Program-made: the position numbers and the translations under genes
Origin: a virus
IMG/VR virus record: IMGVR_UViG_3300021141_000706
Reading direction: 5' to 3' (one strand)
Length of the DNA stretch: 64,000 nucleotides
Part shown: in pieces, positions 10,591 through 19,532 of the stretch
Layout of the letters: each line of letters starts with the position of its first letter
Position numbering within the stretch: position 1 is the stretch's first letter
The notes under the pieces: model-generated
The model's database searches: none
The model's input: the letters and a program-made list of their open reading frames with translations, nothing else
What the model was told of the DNA's origin: nothing

Positions 10591-11438
10591 TCTAAGTTAA
10601 GTTCTTTTAATATTTCTGTTACTTTATCAAGTCTTATCATTATTGACTCATCTTCAAACCAAGATTCAAGAGCTTCTGATTCATTTGTATCAAGTTGAGA
10701 ATACATATTCATTACACCTACTATATCTGTTAGTTTGAAGTTATTATTTTTTGGATCTAATAATATATTTAAGTTTTCTAATAGGTTTAGACTATCATCC
10801 CATAAAACTTCATAATCAGTTGTAAAGTATTTACTTATTATGTGTTCAGATGCTTCTGAGCCTTCTAAAAACGATTTTAGTTCGTTCCAATTTGTATTTA
10901 ATGATGGTTTAACATTTCTGTCTAGTTCATTAACAAGTAATGTCATATAATAAGCAATTGATGGTCTATCCAAATCTTCCTCTATAAAATCTTCATCTTT
11001 TGGTAAATTTGAAAAACAATTCCAAAAATCACTTCTATCACCAGTGGCTACCATAGTATCATCAAAAGGAATAATAACATAATCAACTGATGGTCCTTTG
11101 ATAAATCCACCACCATGTGACAATGCTCTATATGAAGAAGCACATATTAATGATTTGTTTCTTCTGGGCCAGTCTTTCCAAGATTCTAAATTAGAGATTA
11201 ATAGATTGTGATAGTTTTTAAAAGCATAAGGGGCAATTCTATCTTGTGATGAAATCTTTGGATTAACTAATAAAAAGTCACCACGATTTTCATCTTTTCT
11301 ATAAATTAAACAACCTTCAGTATAGTCTTTTCCCCAATTAAGAAATTTCTTACATTTTGTCATAAGTATCTCAATTACTTCGTCTTTTGTCAACGTAGTA
11401 GTATTTAGACTTTCATTTATGCTCTTTAAATGTTTCAT
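10587..11438 (-). CDS. Putative head-internal protein, possible ADP-ribosyltransferase-like fold
   Basis: MKHLKSINES; IYR...RNKSLICASS...YVIIP...ESWFE. Confidence 0.45.
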   Translation of the reverse strand: MKHLKSINESLNTTTLTKDEVIEILMTKCKKFLNWGKDYTEGCLIYRKDENRGDFLLVNPKISSQDRIAPYAFKNYHNLLISNLESWKDWPRRNKSLICASSYRALSHGGGFIKGPSVDYVIIPFDDTMVATGDRSDFWNCFSNLPKDEDFIEEDLDRPSIAYYMTLLVNELDRNVKPSLNTNWNELKSFLEGSEASEHIISKYFTTDYEVLWDDSLNLLENLNILLDPKNNNFKLTDIVGVMNMYSQLDTNESEALESWFEDESIMIRLDKVTEILKELNLE

Positions 11439-12755
11439 TTATTTACTTGCTTTAATAACTTTAATTCTTTCAGTTTGATATTTCATAATATCAACTTCTT
11501 GATGTTGCTTTAAGAAGTCAACCATCTTTTGATACATTTGAATTGTAATTCTACAATCAGTTAAGGCATCGTGATAGTTAGTCATATTAATTCCAAGAGC
11601 TGGTCCTACTTTAGACATAGAAGATGAAATTAAACCACCATCTCTTGATGATGTTCCAATAAAGTCAATTATATCTTTATATTTAGAATCTACTTCAGAT
11701 AGTTTTTGTAAAAGTGGTAAATAATATAATTGAATTAGCATCTTAGTATCAAATACTTCATTATTAATTTTATGACCATATCTACCAGCCAACATTGCCA
11801 TATCAAAACCAGCATTCTGTGCTATAAATAAACAAGGCTCATAATTGCCAGTCCAATCAAAGAATTTATCTAATATCTCTTGTTCATTTTTGTATTTGTA
11901 TTTACCTGAACCATAATGATTGAATCCTAATACCCATTTAGTTCTATCTTCTGGTGTACTAAATTTAGATTTAGTTTCATCTGTTAATTTAATCTTCTCA
12001 TCAAATAATCCTAATTCATTAAATGTATTTGATTGAAAACTATAATCAGTTGCTAAAGCAGATACTTGAGTTAATTGTTGTTGTTTAGGTCCACCTAAGC
12101 CTGTTGTTTCTGTATCTATCCAAAGCCATGTCATTTTAGATTTAGATTCTAACCATTCTAATATTTGTGGAATAGTTTTATACCACATTTTATTTTCATT
12201 TAGTGATTCAACTATACCTTGATTGTATTTGAAATTTACTTTTTCACCACTTGGCATTGAATAAGTTATATTATCAACATTCTTAACTTCATATTTATAT
12301 TCTGGTTTAACATATTTCTTACCAGTTCCTTTGTTAACATAAGCGATTGTTATATGTGGTTTGTAATCAGGGAAACTATTTGAGTTAGGAAACTCAGAAA
12401 GTTTATCATGTAAATCTTGAAGAGCACCATCAGGGTTAACATTAAACTTAACAACATCATAGTCTTTGTTTTCAAAAACACCAATACCATCAACTTCTAT
12501 ATTAATACTTCCTGTAAATCCTTCAAATACAGATTTAACATCTTCTTCTGTTACACCTTCATGTAAGCCGTATAATATAGTAACATGTGGATTTTCTTGA
12601 ATACCGTGAGCGTCATCACCACCAGTGTAAACATCTTCTGGATTAATGTAACTTGTTATCTCATCCCAGTTACTAACTGGAACTTCAACCATTACACAGC
12701 CATATTCATAACCAGATGATTCTTTTATAAATTGTATATAACTTTTAATTATCAT
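11439..12755 (-). CDS. Acb1/gp57B-like 2H phosphoesterase fused to DEDDh 3'-5' exonuclease
   Basis: HVTILYG and PHITIAY (two HxT); DTETTG, AQNAGFD, HDALTD; N-term MIIKSYIQFIKES. Confidence 0.85.
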   Translation of the reverse strand: MIIKSYIQFIKESSGYEYGCVMVEVPVSNWDEITSYINPEDVYTGGDDAHGIQENPHVTILYGLHEGVTEEDVKSVFEGFTGSINIEVDGIGVFENKDYDVVKFNVNPDGALQDLHDKLSEFPNSNSFPDYKPHITIAYVNKGTGKKYVKPEYKYEVKNVDNITYSMPSGEKVNFKYNQGIVESLNENKMWYKTIPQILEWLESKSKMTWLWIDTETTGLGGPKQQQLTQVSALATDYSFQSNTFNELGLFDEKIKLTDETKSKFSTPEDRTKWVLGFNHYGSGKYKYKNEQEILDKFFDWTGNYEPCLFIAQNAGFDMAMLAGRYGHKINNEVFDTKMLIQLYYLPLLQKLSEVDSKYKDIIDFIGTSSRDGGLISSSMSKVGPALGINMTNYHDALTDCRITIQMYQKMVDFLKQHQEVDIMKYQTERIKVIKASK

Positions 12756-13186
12756 ATTCTACCTTGTATTATTATTCTTCTTTCACCACCTCTATTATTA
12801 TATGAAAATCTGAAATCAAGTCCAGTTTCATCATGTAATCTTTTTACAGCAACTAAGAAATCTTTACCGTCTTCACTATCTGTTTCGTCTTCATTCATTT
12901 CCCAATTAATAGAACCATCTGATTTAATTTCACCGGTAATATCAATGTTTTTTTCATAAGGATTTTTATTTAGAGTCCAGTTTCTTGGATCAGATTCTTC
13001 TTTATTCATCATTCTACAATTAAAGTTTGGATTTTGCCAAACAGATATGCCCGATCCATAAGAAACATCTGATATCCAATGCCAACCATTATCTTCAAAT
13101 TCTTGAAAACAATCTTTTATAGAATCAAGAACTTGCTGATAGATTTGATTTTCGATTGATTCATTAAAACTTTTAAGATATTTCAT
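12752..13186 (-). CDS. Putative head-internal protein
   Basis: Start revised to MKYLKSFNES (13186), just after late motif. Confidence 0.6.
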   Translation of the reverse strand: MKYLKSFNESIENQIYQQVLDSIKDCFQEFEDNGWHWISDVSYGSGISVWQNPNFNCRMMNKEESDPRNWTLNKNPYEKNIDITGEIKSDGSINWEMNEDETDSEDGKDFLVAVKRLHDETGLDFRFSYNNRGGERRIIIQGRI

Positions 13187-13193
13187 ATATCTA

Positions 13194-13202
13194 TATATAT
13201 TA
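13194..13202 (-). promoter_or_regulatory. Candidate late promoter TAATATATA
   Basis: Heads the five-gene 13186-8615 operon. Confidence 0.6.
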
Positions 13203-13234
13203 TTTGGTGTAATCAAAATTAATTTATATCTTTG
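13203..13234 (+). promoter_or_regulatory. Bacteroidota sigma-A promoter TTTG-N20-TATCTTTG
   Basis: -33 TTTG at 13203, -7 TAnnTTTG at 13227. Confidence 0.7.
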
Positions 13235-13243
13235 TATTGTTAA

Positions 13244-13582
13244 TTTCTTCTTAGATCTATCCCTTACGATATGGTATCCAATGAATTGAGAGAGTTGTGG
13301 GTGCCAATCATTTACGATGGTACTCTTAACTTAGAATCTAAAGAAGTAGTTCTTTACGAAGATGAGTCAAGAGGAATCCGTAAGACAAGAGTTGACTTCA
13401 TCCTTCCAAAAGATGTCGTAGAACTTTGTAAGGGAAAAGAGTTAGTGTCTGGTAAAGAATTACATATCCGTGAAGGTATTGTACTTCGTCCTTACATTGA
13501 CCGTGATGCTAGAGATGGTACTAAACTTAGGTTGAAAATCATCAACCCGGCATACAAAGAAACCGGGGAAGAAATTAACTAA
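13244..13582 (+). pseudogene. C-terminal remnant of an RNA ligase (Rnl2/DRB0094-like)
   Basis: HIREGIVLRP and LKIINPAY (motifs IV, V); no KxxG motif I; in-frame stop at 13241. Confidence 0.6.
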
Positions 13583-13585
13583 AAG

Positions 13586-13617
13586 AAAAAACCCACTCAT
13601 TTGAGTGGGTTTTTTTT
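13586..13617. terminator. Bidirectional intrinsic terminator
   Basis: AAAAAACCCACTCA-TT-TGAGTGGGTTTTTT between convergent genes. Confidence 0.85.
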
Positions 13618-13900
13618 ATTCTTCTCTATGAACTAATTTAATTTCATCTTCCCATCCTTCTGGAAGTTCTTCTTCCGGTTCTTGGTCAAATCCAAAATCC
13701 ATTCCAACTAGATAGTTCATAACTGAATCAATCATAATATCATCAGCTCCTCTTTCTTTCATATAAGCTTCATAGTCTTCTACTGTGTAGTAACCTTTTT
13801 CAGCCTGAAGTTTCTTTAATTCTGCTAATATACTAACAGCGATATCTTCATGAATATCTGATGATTGTCCATAAGCTTCGAATGTTTTTAAGTATTTCAT
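13616..13900 (-). CDS. Putative head-internal acidic protein
   Basis: MKYLKTFEA. Confidence 0.6.
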   Translation of the reverse strand: MKYLKTFEAYGQSSDIHEDIAVSILAELKKLQAEKGYYTVEDYEAYMKERGADDIMIDSVMNYLVGMDFGFDQEPEEELPEGWEDEIKLVHREE

Positions 13901-13902
13901 AA

Positions 13903-14334
13903 TTATCTAAAAATTTTTGAGTTAAATATATTATCTGATAATAAGTAATCAAAAGTTTGACTTACTTCTCCTTTACTTAAATCAGAATATTCTGTATCTA
14001 AAAGTAATTTAATTTTAGAATAAAGTTTAACTTGTTGGTCATTAAGTTTACCACCTTCTAAATCTTCTTCTTCTGATAATATTTCATCTAAGATTATTTC
14101 TAAGAATTTATTAGGATCAGATATACGACCACTATCAATAACTTGTTGAATTTCTTCAGATGTAAATGTTAATTCATTACATAAGTCACCTAATTCAGAA
14201 AGAATATCAGCCTTAGAAGGTTCATCACCTTGTTCAAATTCACTTTCATCATAGTTAATAATCTTATCAGCTAATTTGATAAATTCTTCAATTCTATCAA
14301 ATGATGCTTCGTTAAATTTCTTTAAGTATTTCAT
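13903..14334 (-). CDS. Putative head-internal acidic protein
   Basis: MKYLKKFNEA. Confidence 0.6.
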   Translation of the reverse strand: MKYLKKFNEASFDRIEEFIKLADKIINYDESEFEQGDEPSKADILSELGDLCNELTFTSEEIQQVIDSGRISDPNKFLEIILDEILSEEEDLEGGKLNDQQVKLYSKIKLLLDTEYSDLSKGEVSQTFDYLLSDNIFNSKIFR

Positions 14335-14855
14335 TATTTACTTTTCTTTTTTGATTCACCAGAAAATGGACTTAATAAATGCTTTAGATTCCAAGAAGAT
14401 ACAAACTTTTTGTTGTGTTTTTGATAATCTTCATATGATTCAATTCCAGAATCAATTGGATTTTGAATGTATTGAATATTAGCACCTTGTTTATTCATAT
14501 CAGATATTCTATTACCAATGTCAGTTTTAGCTGATTGTTTCATAACTCTTTTAAGTTGGTCTACAGTTTGTTGTCTTGGTAAAGATTCATTTGTTTCAAT
14601 TGCTACATCAACTGTGCCATCTTCGTTAAATTGTGCTAACCAAGGACTATCACATATACTAATAGATTGACCTACTAACTCAGGATTGATATTTTCTGGT
14701 CCAAACTCTTTAACAGTTTTTACACCATCTTCATCAATAACAAAATGAAATTCATCACCTTTATTTTTATCAATAAGACCTTTGATTCTACCTGCTACAG
14801 ATATGAACTCAGTTACACCACCATAAGGTTTAAGTCTAGCTCTAATAATTTTCAT
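14334..14855 (-). CDS. Hypothetical late protein
   Basis: 173 aa, late motif directly upstream. Confidence 0.6.
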   Translation of the reverse strand: MKIIRARLKPYGGVTEFISVAGRIKGLIDKNKGDEFHFVIDEDGVKTVKEFGPENINPELVGQSISICDSPWLAQFNEDGTVDVAIETNESLPRQQTVDQLKRVMKQSAKTDIGNRISDMNKQGANIQYIQNPIDSGIESYEDYQKHNKKFVSSWNLKHLLSPFSGESKKKSK

Positions 14856-14859
14856 AAGA

Positions 14860-14868
14860 TATATATTA
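14860..14868 (-). promoter_or_regulatory. Candidate late promoter TAATATATA
   Basis: 4 nt before ATG at 14855. Confidence 0.6.
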
Positions 14869-14871
14869 AAT

Positions 14872-14898
14872 AAAAAAACCCAATTTGATTATTGGGTT
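14872..14898 (-). terminator. Intrinsic terminator
   Basis: AACCCAAT...ATTGGGTT stem plus T-run. Confidence 0.65.
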
Positions 14899-15752
14899 AA
14901 TTTTTTGAAATCATTTACTTTGATTCCGTGAAATATCATAACTGATTGATTGGTCATTTGATTGGTCATTTTATTTTGAGCAATAAAATAAGATTTATCA
15001 AATAATCCACTTTCGTATAATCTATAACAATCTAGTATATCTTCAAATCTAGAATTATCTATCTTTCTTATATCAACAATTCCATTACTTATACAAGCGG
15101 TTCCTAAGTTTCCATTTTGATTATAAGACCAAAGTGTGACATTATAAATTTCTTCATCACCAGTGGCTATATTTCTAAGTTTATCATTATTAGTATAGTT
15201 ATTCCAATCTAGTAAAAAATCTAAATGTCTTTTGCTATAAACTATCATACAGTTTTGTGACCAAAGCTTGCCTGATCTTTCCATTGATAACTCTTCGCAT
15301 AAGTCACCACCAAAACATTTTATATTATTAGGGTCTCTATAATCCATAGGAAATTCCCAAAAGTGTTGAGGTGATAGTGGTGTATTTGATTTTTCTATTT
15401 GAGAAAATAAAATTTCTGAATTGAAATTTTTAGTAACTAATACATCTAAATCTAAATAGATGAAATTATCAGAATCTATATCAATTAAAGATTTAATTAA
15501 AATATTTGGTTTAAGAAAAACCGGATTAAATTCTGATTTTGTAGATGAAGAAACATGTCTATCACCTCTTTTAAATGTTTTATTGGTATTAAATTGATTT
15601 ATAATTAAATTGTCTCCTTTGATATTAGATTCATAGTTAACTGAATAATAATGTAAAGTAAATTCTTCATTACATTTATCAACAAGTGATTTATAAAAAT
15701 ATTCTAATAACTCTTCACAGTTATCAGTACCAAAAGAAACAAAATTAATCAT
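14889..15752 (-). CDS. GT-A glycosyltransferase-like protein
   Basis: LKP..L, YLDLD (DxD), GDEEIYN, IFHG. Confidence 0.6.
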   Translation of the reverse strand: MINFVSFGTDNCEELLEYFYKSLVDKCNEEFTLHYYSVNYESNIKGDNLIINQFNTNKTFKRGDRHVSSSTKSEFNPVFLKPNILIKSLIDIDSDNFIYLDLDVLVTKNFNSEILFSQIEKSNTPLSPQHFWEFPMDYRDPNNIKCFGGDLCEELSMERSGKLWSQNCMIVYSKRHLDFLLDWNNYTNNDKLRNIATGDEEIYNVTLWSYNQNGNLGTACISNGIVDIRKIDNSRFEDILDCYRLYESGLFDKSYFIAQNKMTNQMTNQSVMIFHGIKVNDFKKLTQ

Positions 15753-15754
15753 AA

Positions 15755-16711
15755 TTAAAAATCATTATCTAAGTTATCGAAGTCGATAGCTTTGTCAGAT
15801 ACTTTTTGGTATTCAGCAACTCTTTTCTCAAAGAAGTTAGTTTTACCTTGTAAAGAAATCATATCCATAAAGTCAAAAGGATTTTCAACATTATAAACCT
15901 TTGAACAACCTAAAGCTTGTAACCAGAAGTCAGCAGTAAACTCAATGTATTGTTCCATTAGTTTAGAGTTCATTCCAATTAAAGACACTGGTAAAGATTC
16001 TGTAATGAATGTTCTTTCAATATCAACTGCTGAACAGATGATTTCTTTGATTCTTTCTTCTGATACTTTATCTTTAATGTATCTGTTGTGTAACAAACAA
16101 GCAAACTGACAATGTAAAGCTTCATCTCTAGAGATTAACTCATTAGAAAATGATAGACCCGGCATTAAACCTCTTTTCTTCAACCAAAAGATAGAACAGA
16201 ATGATCCTGAGAAGAAGATACCTTCAACTGCCGCAAAAGCAATTAATCTTTCATCAAGTGAATCAGATTCAATCCATTTCAAAGCCCAATCAGCTTTTTC
16301 TTTAATAGAAGGAAAGTTATCAATTGCGTGAAATAATCTATCTTTCTCAGCTGAATCCTTAATATAAGTATCAATTAATAAAGAATATGTTTCAGAGTGA
16401 ATATTCTCCATAGCGATTTGAAAACCATAAAATGATTTCGCCTCTGGATATTGAACTTCTTTCAAAAAGTTTTCAGCTAAGTTTTCGTTTACGATACCAT
16501 CAGATGCCGCAAAGAAAGCTAGAACCATTTTAATAAAGTGTTGTTCATTCTCATTTAATTTTTCGTTCCAATCGGTTAAATCTTGAGCTAAGTCAATTTC
16601 TTCAGCTGTCCAGAATGAATGTTGTTGAGTTTTATACATTTCCCAAATATCGTGATATTTTAAGGGAAACATTACAAAACGGTCTTTGTTTTCTTGTAGT
16701 ATATGTTCCAT
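15755..16711 (-). CDS. nrdB: Ribonucleotide reductase class Ia beta subunit
   Basis: [47 protein letters not shown]. Confidence 0.97.
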   Translation of the reverse strand: MEHILQENKDRFVMFPLKYHDIWEMYKTQQHSFWTAEEIDLAQDLTDWNEKLNENEQHFIKMVLAFFAASDGIVNENLAENFLKEVQYPEAKSFYGFQIAMENIHSETYSLLIDTYIKDSAEKDRLFHAIDNFPSIKEKADWALKWIESDSLDERLIAFAAVEGIFFSGSFCSIFWLKKRGLMPGLSFSNELISRDEALHCQFACLLHNRYIKDKVSEERIKEIICSAVDIERTFITESLPVSLIGMNSKLMEQYIEFTADFWLQALGCSKVYNVENPFDFMDMISLQGKTNFFEKRVAEYQKVSDKAIDFDNLDNDF

Positions 16712-16782
16712 GTTTTTAATTTTGTTTGTTTTTTTTATATAAGTATTTATTAATAATGTTTAGTTACTTGCTGTTTAAAAAT

Positions 16783-16813
16783 AAAAAAAAGCATCAATTA
16801 TATTGATGCTTTA
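16783..16813. terminator. Intrinsic terminator
   Basis: AAAAGCATCAAT...ATTGATGCTTTT. Confidence 0.65.
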
Positions 16814-16830
16814 TATTGAAGTAAAAAATA

Positions 16831-17592
16831 TTAATAAGAAGAAGTATTATCTACCGTTAAATTGTTTAATTTATCTACAGCAGCATAGCCCATTCCAAAT
16901 CTATCAACAATACCTAACATAGAGTTAATCTGTTCAGCTGTTCTAACACCACCGGAAGCTTTAATCTTCATATCAGATTCATACTCTTTTATAGTATCAT
17001 ACATTATCTTAATTTTATTCATTTCGGCACCAACAGGAACTTTACCTGTGGATGTTTTGATAAAATCAGCTCCTGCTTCCATACAGATGTGAGTTGCTAT
17101 TTTAGTTTCATCTTCTGTTAAAACACCAGACTCAACAATAACTTTTAAGATAATAGGTTCGCCATTTTTATTTTTACTTGAATGACAAATATCAACTAAT
17201 GTAGAAACCTCTTCTACTAAATAATCTACTTCATATAAATGGTCTTTACCTTGAAGTTCGTGATAGTTAAGAACCATATCTACTTCATCAGCGCCATTAG
17301 AAATAACTTGATTAGTTTCTGATATTTTTTGTTTTATTGTATTTGTACCTTCTGGAAAAGAAACAACAGTACAAACAAGAACTTTTGAATTTTCTAATTG
17401 TTTTGCCGCTAAAGCAACATGTTTTGGAAGAACACAAACAGATTTAACACTTAACATATTAGCTTTTTCACAAAGCTCAATAATATCTTGGTCTGTAGCA
17501 GATTCTTCTAATAAAGTATAATCAATCATATCATTATACTGGAACATTGTGTTCTCTTTAATAAATTGTATGTAGTTCTTAATCTTTTTCAT
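16831..17592 (-). CDS. deoC: Deoxyribose-phosphate aldolase with capsid-targeting-like N-terminus
   Basis: IDYTLL, VCTVVSFPEG, GADEVDMV, KVIVES, FIKTSTG, IKASGG; leader MKKIKNYIQFIKEN. Confidence 0.93.
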   Translation of the reverse strand: MKKIKNYIQFIKENTMFQYNDMIDYTLLEESATDQDIIELCEKANMLSVKSVCVLPKHVALAAKQLENSKVLVCTVVSFPEGTNTIKQKISETNQVISNGADEVDMVLNYHELQGKDHLYEVDYLVEEVSTLVDICHSSKNKNGEPIILKVIVESGVLTEDETKIATHICMEAGADFIKTSTGKVPVGAEMNKIKIMYDTIKEYESDMKIKASGGVRTAEQINSMLGIVDRFGMGYAAVDKLNNLTVDNTSSY

Positions 17593-17593
17593 A

Positions 17594-18577
17594 TTACTTT
17601 TCAAAATTTGCCATTGTTTTTACAAATAACTTCATATCTTCATCAGTTCTCATAATTTTAGAAACGTGAGGAAGATTCCAAGGTGAGTGACCAGAGATTT
17701 TCCAACCATCGATATACCAAGCAAACATTGGTTTGTTTAAGAACGATGTTTGTTGTAATTCACCAAATGTACCACCACTTGTTACATCATTAAATCCTAC
17801 AAATACAGCATCACATTTATTTACTATTAACTCATCTTCTGGCTCGATTGTTTGAGAGAAGATTCTTGATATTTCATCAAATTGTCTTGGATCTTTAGTT
17901 TCTTCATATTCACCAGATTTGAACTTACCCATTTCTTTACCAAAATTAGGATTCTTAGTTCTATCCATTTCTTTTCTAACTGGATTTAAGATAGCTGGTC
18001 TATCATAATATTTAAGAGTGTAGTTATTACCACTATCAACAAATTGTGCTAAATGGTCACCATCCACAACATAAGCGGGTTTTAAGACAATATTTTCACC
18101 GTGATAAGGAATAGTAATCTTTTCCATTTCTTCATAAGAAACACCTTTATTAACAACTTCAAATTCATATTCAACTTGTGCTCTCCAGCCTGCTCCAACA
18201 TCTTTAGCTTTGTCCATACCACCGGCAAGGTATAAAGAATTCAATTCAAAAGCTCTAAAGTTCTTTTTGATATCATCTAAAGTTGTTAAGTCAAAAAGAT
18301 CTAATTTACCAATCAATTCAGTATAGAATCTTTTTTTCTTATTAACAATATAGTTCATTATCTTTTCATCAAACCATTTAACAAGTCTGTCTTTAATATC
18401 ACTAAAGAAACCTTCGTTTAGTGATTCAGTTGTTAAAAGTGGAGTTAAATCTTTTTTAAGATTTGAAATTTCACTTGATGGGATATTTTTAGCAATATAA
18501 TTAAGTATTGCTTCTAAGTCTTTTTGGTCTTTTGAATCTTCATATGACTCGTTGAATTGCTGCCAGTTTTGGATCAT
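17594..18577 (-). CDS. Nucleoside 2-deoxyribosyltransferase/dNMP N-hydrolase-like protein
   Basis: LYLAGGM...GWR...LNPV...D..IVNKCD...SGGTFGE; start MIQNWQQFNES. Confidence 0.7.
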   Translation of the reverse strand: MIQNWQQFNESYEDSKDQKDLEAILNYIAKNIPSSEISNLKKDLTPLLTTESLNEGFFSDIKDRLVKWFDEKIMNYIVNKKKRFYTELIGKLDLFDLTTLDDIKKNFRAFELNSLYLAGGMDKAKDVGAGWRAQVEYEFEVVNKGVSYEEMEKITIPYHGENIVLKPAYVVDGDHLAQFVDSGNNYTLKYYDRPAILNPVRKEMDRTKNPNFGKEMGKFKSGEYEETKDPRQFDEISRIFSQTIEPEDELIVNKCDAVFVGFNDVTSGGTFGELQQTSFLNKPMFAWYIDGWKISGHSPWNLPHVSKIMRTDEDMKLFVKTMANFEK

Positions 18578-18619
18578 AAAAATATTTTGTGTTTTGTGTA
18601 TATATTTAATTTTCATTTG

Positions 18620-18627
18620 TATATTTG
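18620..18627 (+). promoter_or_regulatory. Bacteroidota -7 promoter element, near-leaderless
   Basis: TATATTTG 5 nt before ATG 18633. Confidence 0.65.
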
Positions 18628-18632
18628 TAACT

Positions 18633-19031
18633 ATGAAACTGTATTATAATGGCAGAGGGTATCCTGTACAGTGGAAATCCTTGATGAGAAAAGATATGTG
18701 GTATAATATGGAACCTGTGAAAATAAAATTCACACTTCCAGAATCTTTATATAAAGCAATTCTCATAGATATTAAATTAAATAAAGATGAGCATCGAGAT
18801 ATCTTTTCATTTAATCTACTCTTAAATAAAGATGAAATGTCTAGAGATCGTGATAAACTTGTTGTAGAAACAAATGAGTATTGGAAGATTGATGCTTGTG
18901 TAGATAGAGTTTCAATTACTTCTCGATTTAGAAATGGTGATGTGGTTGCTATATTTGAAGTTTCAATATTTGAAGAAGAAGAATTAGACAAATCTGAATT
19001 AAGAGAAATATTATTAAATGAACTTGTTTAA
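18633..19031 (+). CDS. Hypothetical early protein with C-terminal tag
   Basis: Start revised to 18633; ends ELREILLNELV. Confidence 0.6.
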   Translation: MKLYYNGRGYPVQWKSLMRKDMWYNMEPVKIKFTLPESLYKAILIDIKLNKDEHRDIFSFNLLLNKDEMSRDRDKLVVETNEYWKIDACVDRVSITSRFRNGDVVAIFEVSIFEEEELDKSELREILLNELV

Positions 19032-19115
19032 AAGCGAGAACACCGAGGAGCGAATTCGGTGTTCTCAATAGTCACCCGTTGGGGTTATAACTATTCCGGT
19101 CCTAAGTCGGATTAA
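19029..19115 (-). ncRNA. Candidate ~85-nt three-hairpin small RNA
   Basis: GC-rich island; late motif at 19126-19134; stems TCCG/CGGA, AATAGTTA/TGACTATT and 11-bp GAGAACACCGA/TCGGTGTTCTC then T-run. Confidence 0.5.
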
Positions 19116-19198
19116 ATTTATAAAGTATATATTAAACTTTATCTACTCTTAATCATAAAACAAAAGTAAATTAATGTCCAACAAAACAAAATAAACAA

Positions 19199-19513
19199 AT
19201 GATTAAACACGAAATCAAAGTAGAGTTCTCTAACTCTGAAGCTCTTAAAACTATTATTCAAAAAGCCTACTTCGAACAAGGTCAGATGGGTAAGATTTTA
19301 GGAAAGAACCACTTTATCACAGTTGATGAAACAAAAGATGATGTGGCTTACACAATTTTCAAAGGACTAAACAGTGCTACAGCAAAGATAACAAATGAAG
19401 AAGTTATCGATGGTGCTATGAGATTTATGATTGATGAAACATCTGGTGAAATCAGACTTTATCCAATCTCTATCTACTGTATTCAAGAAGAAGAAAAATA
19501 CATCTTCTATTAA
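19199..19513 (+). CDS. Hypothetical protein
   Basis: 104-aa ORF. Confidence 0.6.
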   Translation: MIKHEIKVEFSNSEALKTIIQKAYFEQGQMGKILGKNHFITVDETKDDVAYTIFKGLNSATAKITNEEVIDGAMRFMIDETSGEIRLYPISIYCIQEEEKYIFY

Positions 19514-19532
19514 AAAATCAAACAAATTTATT

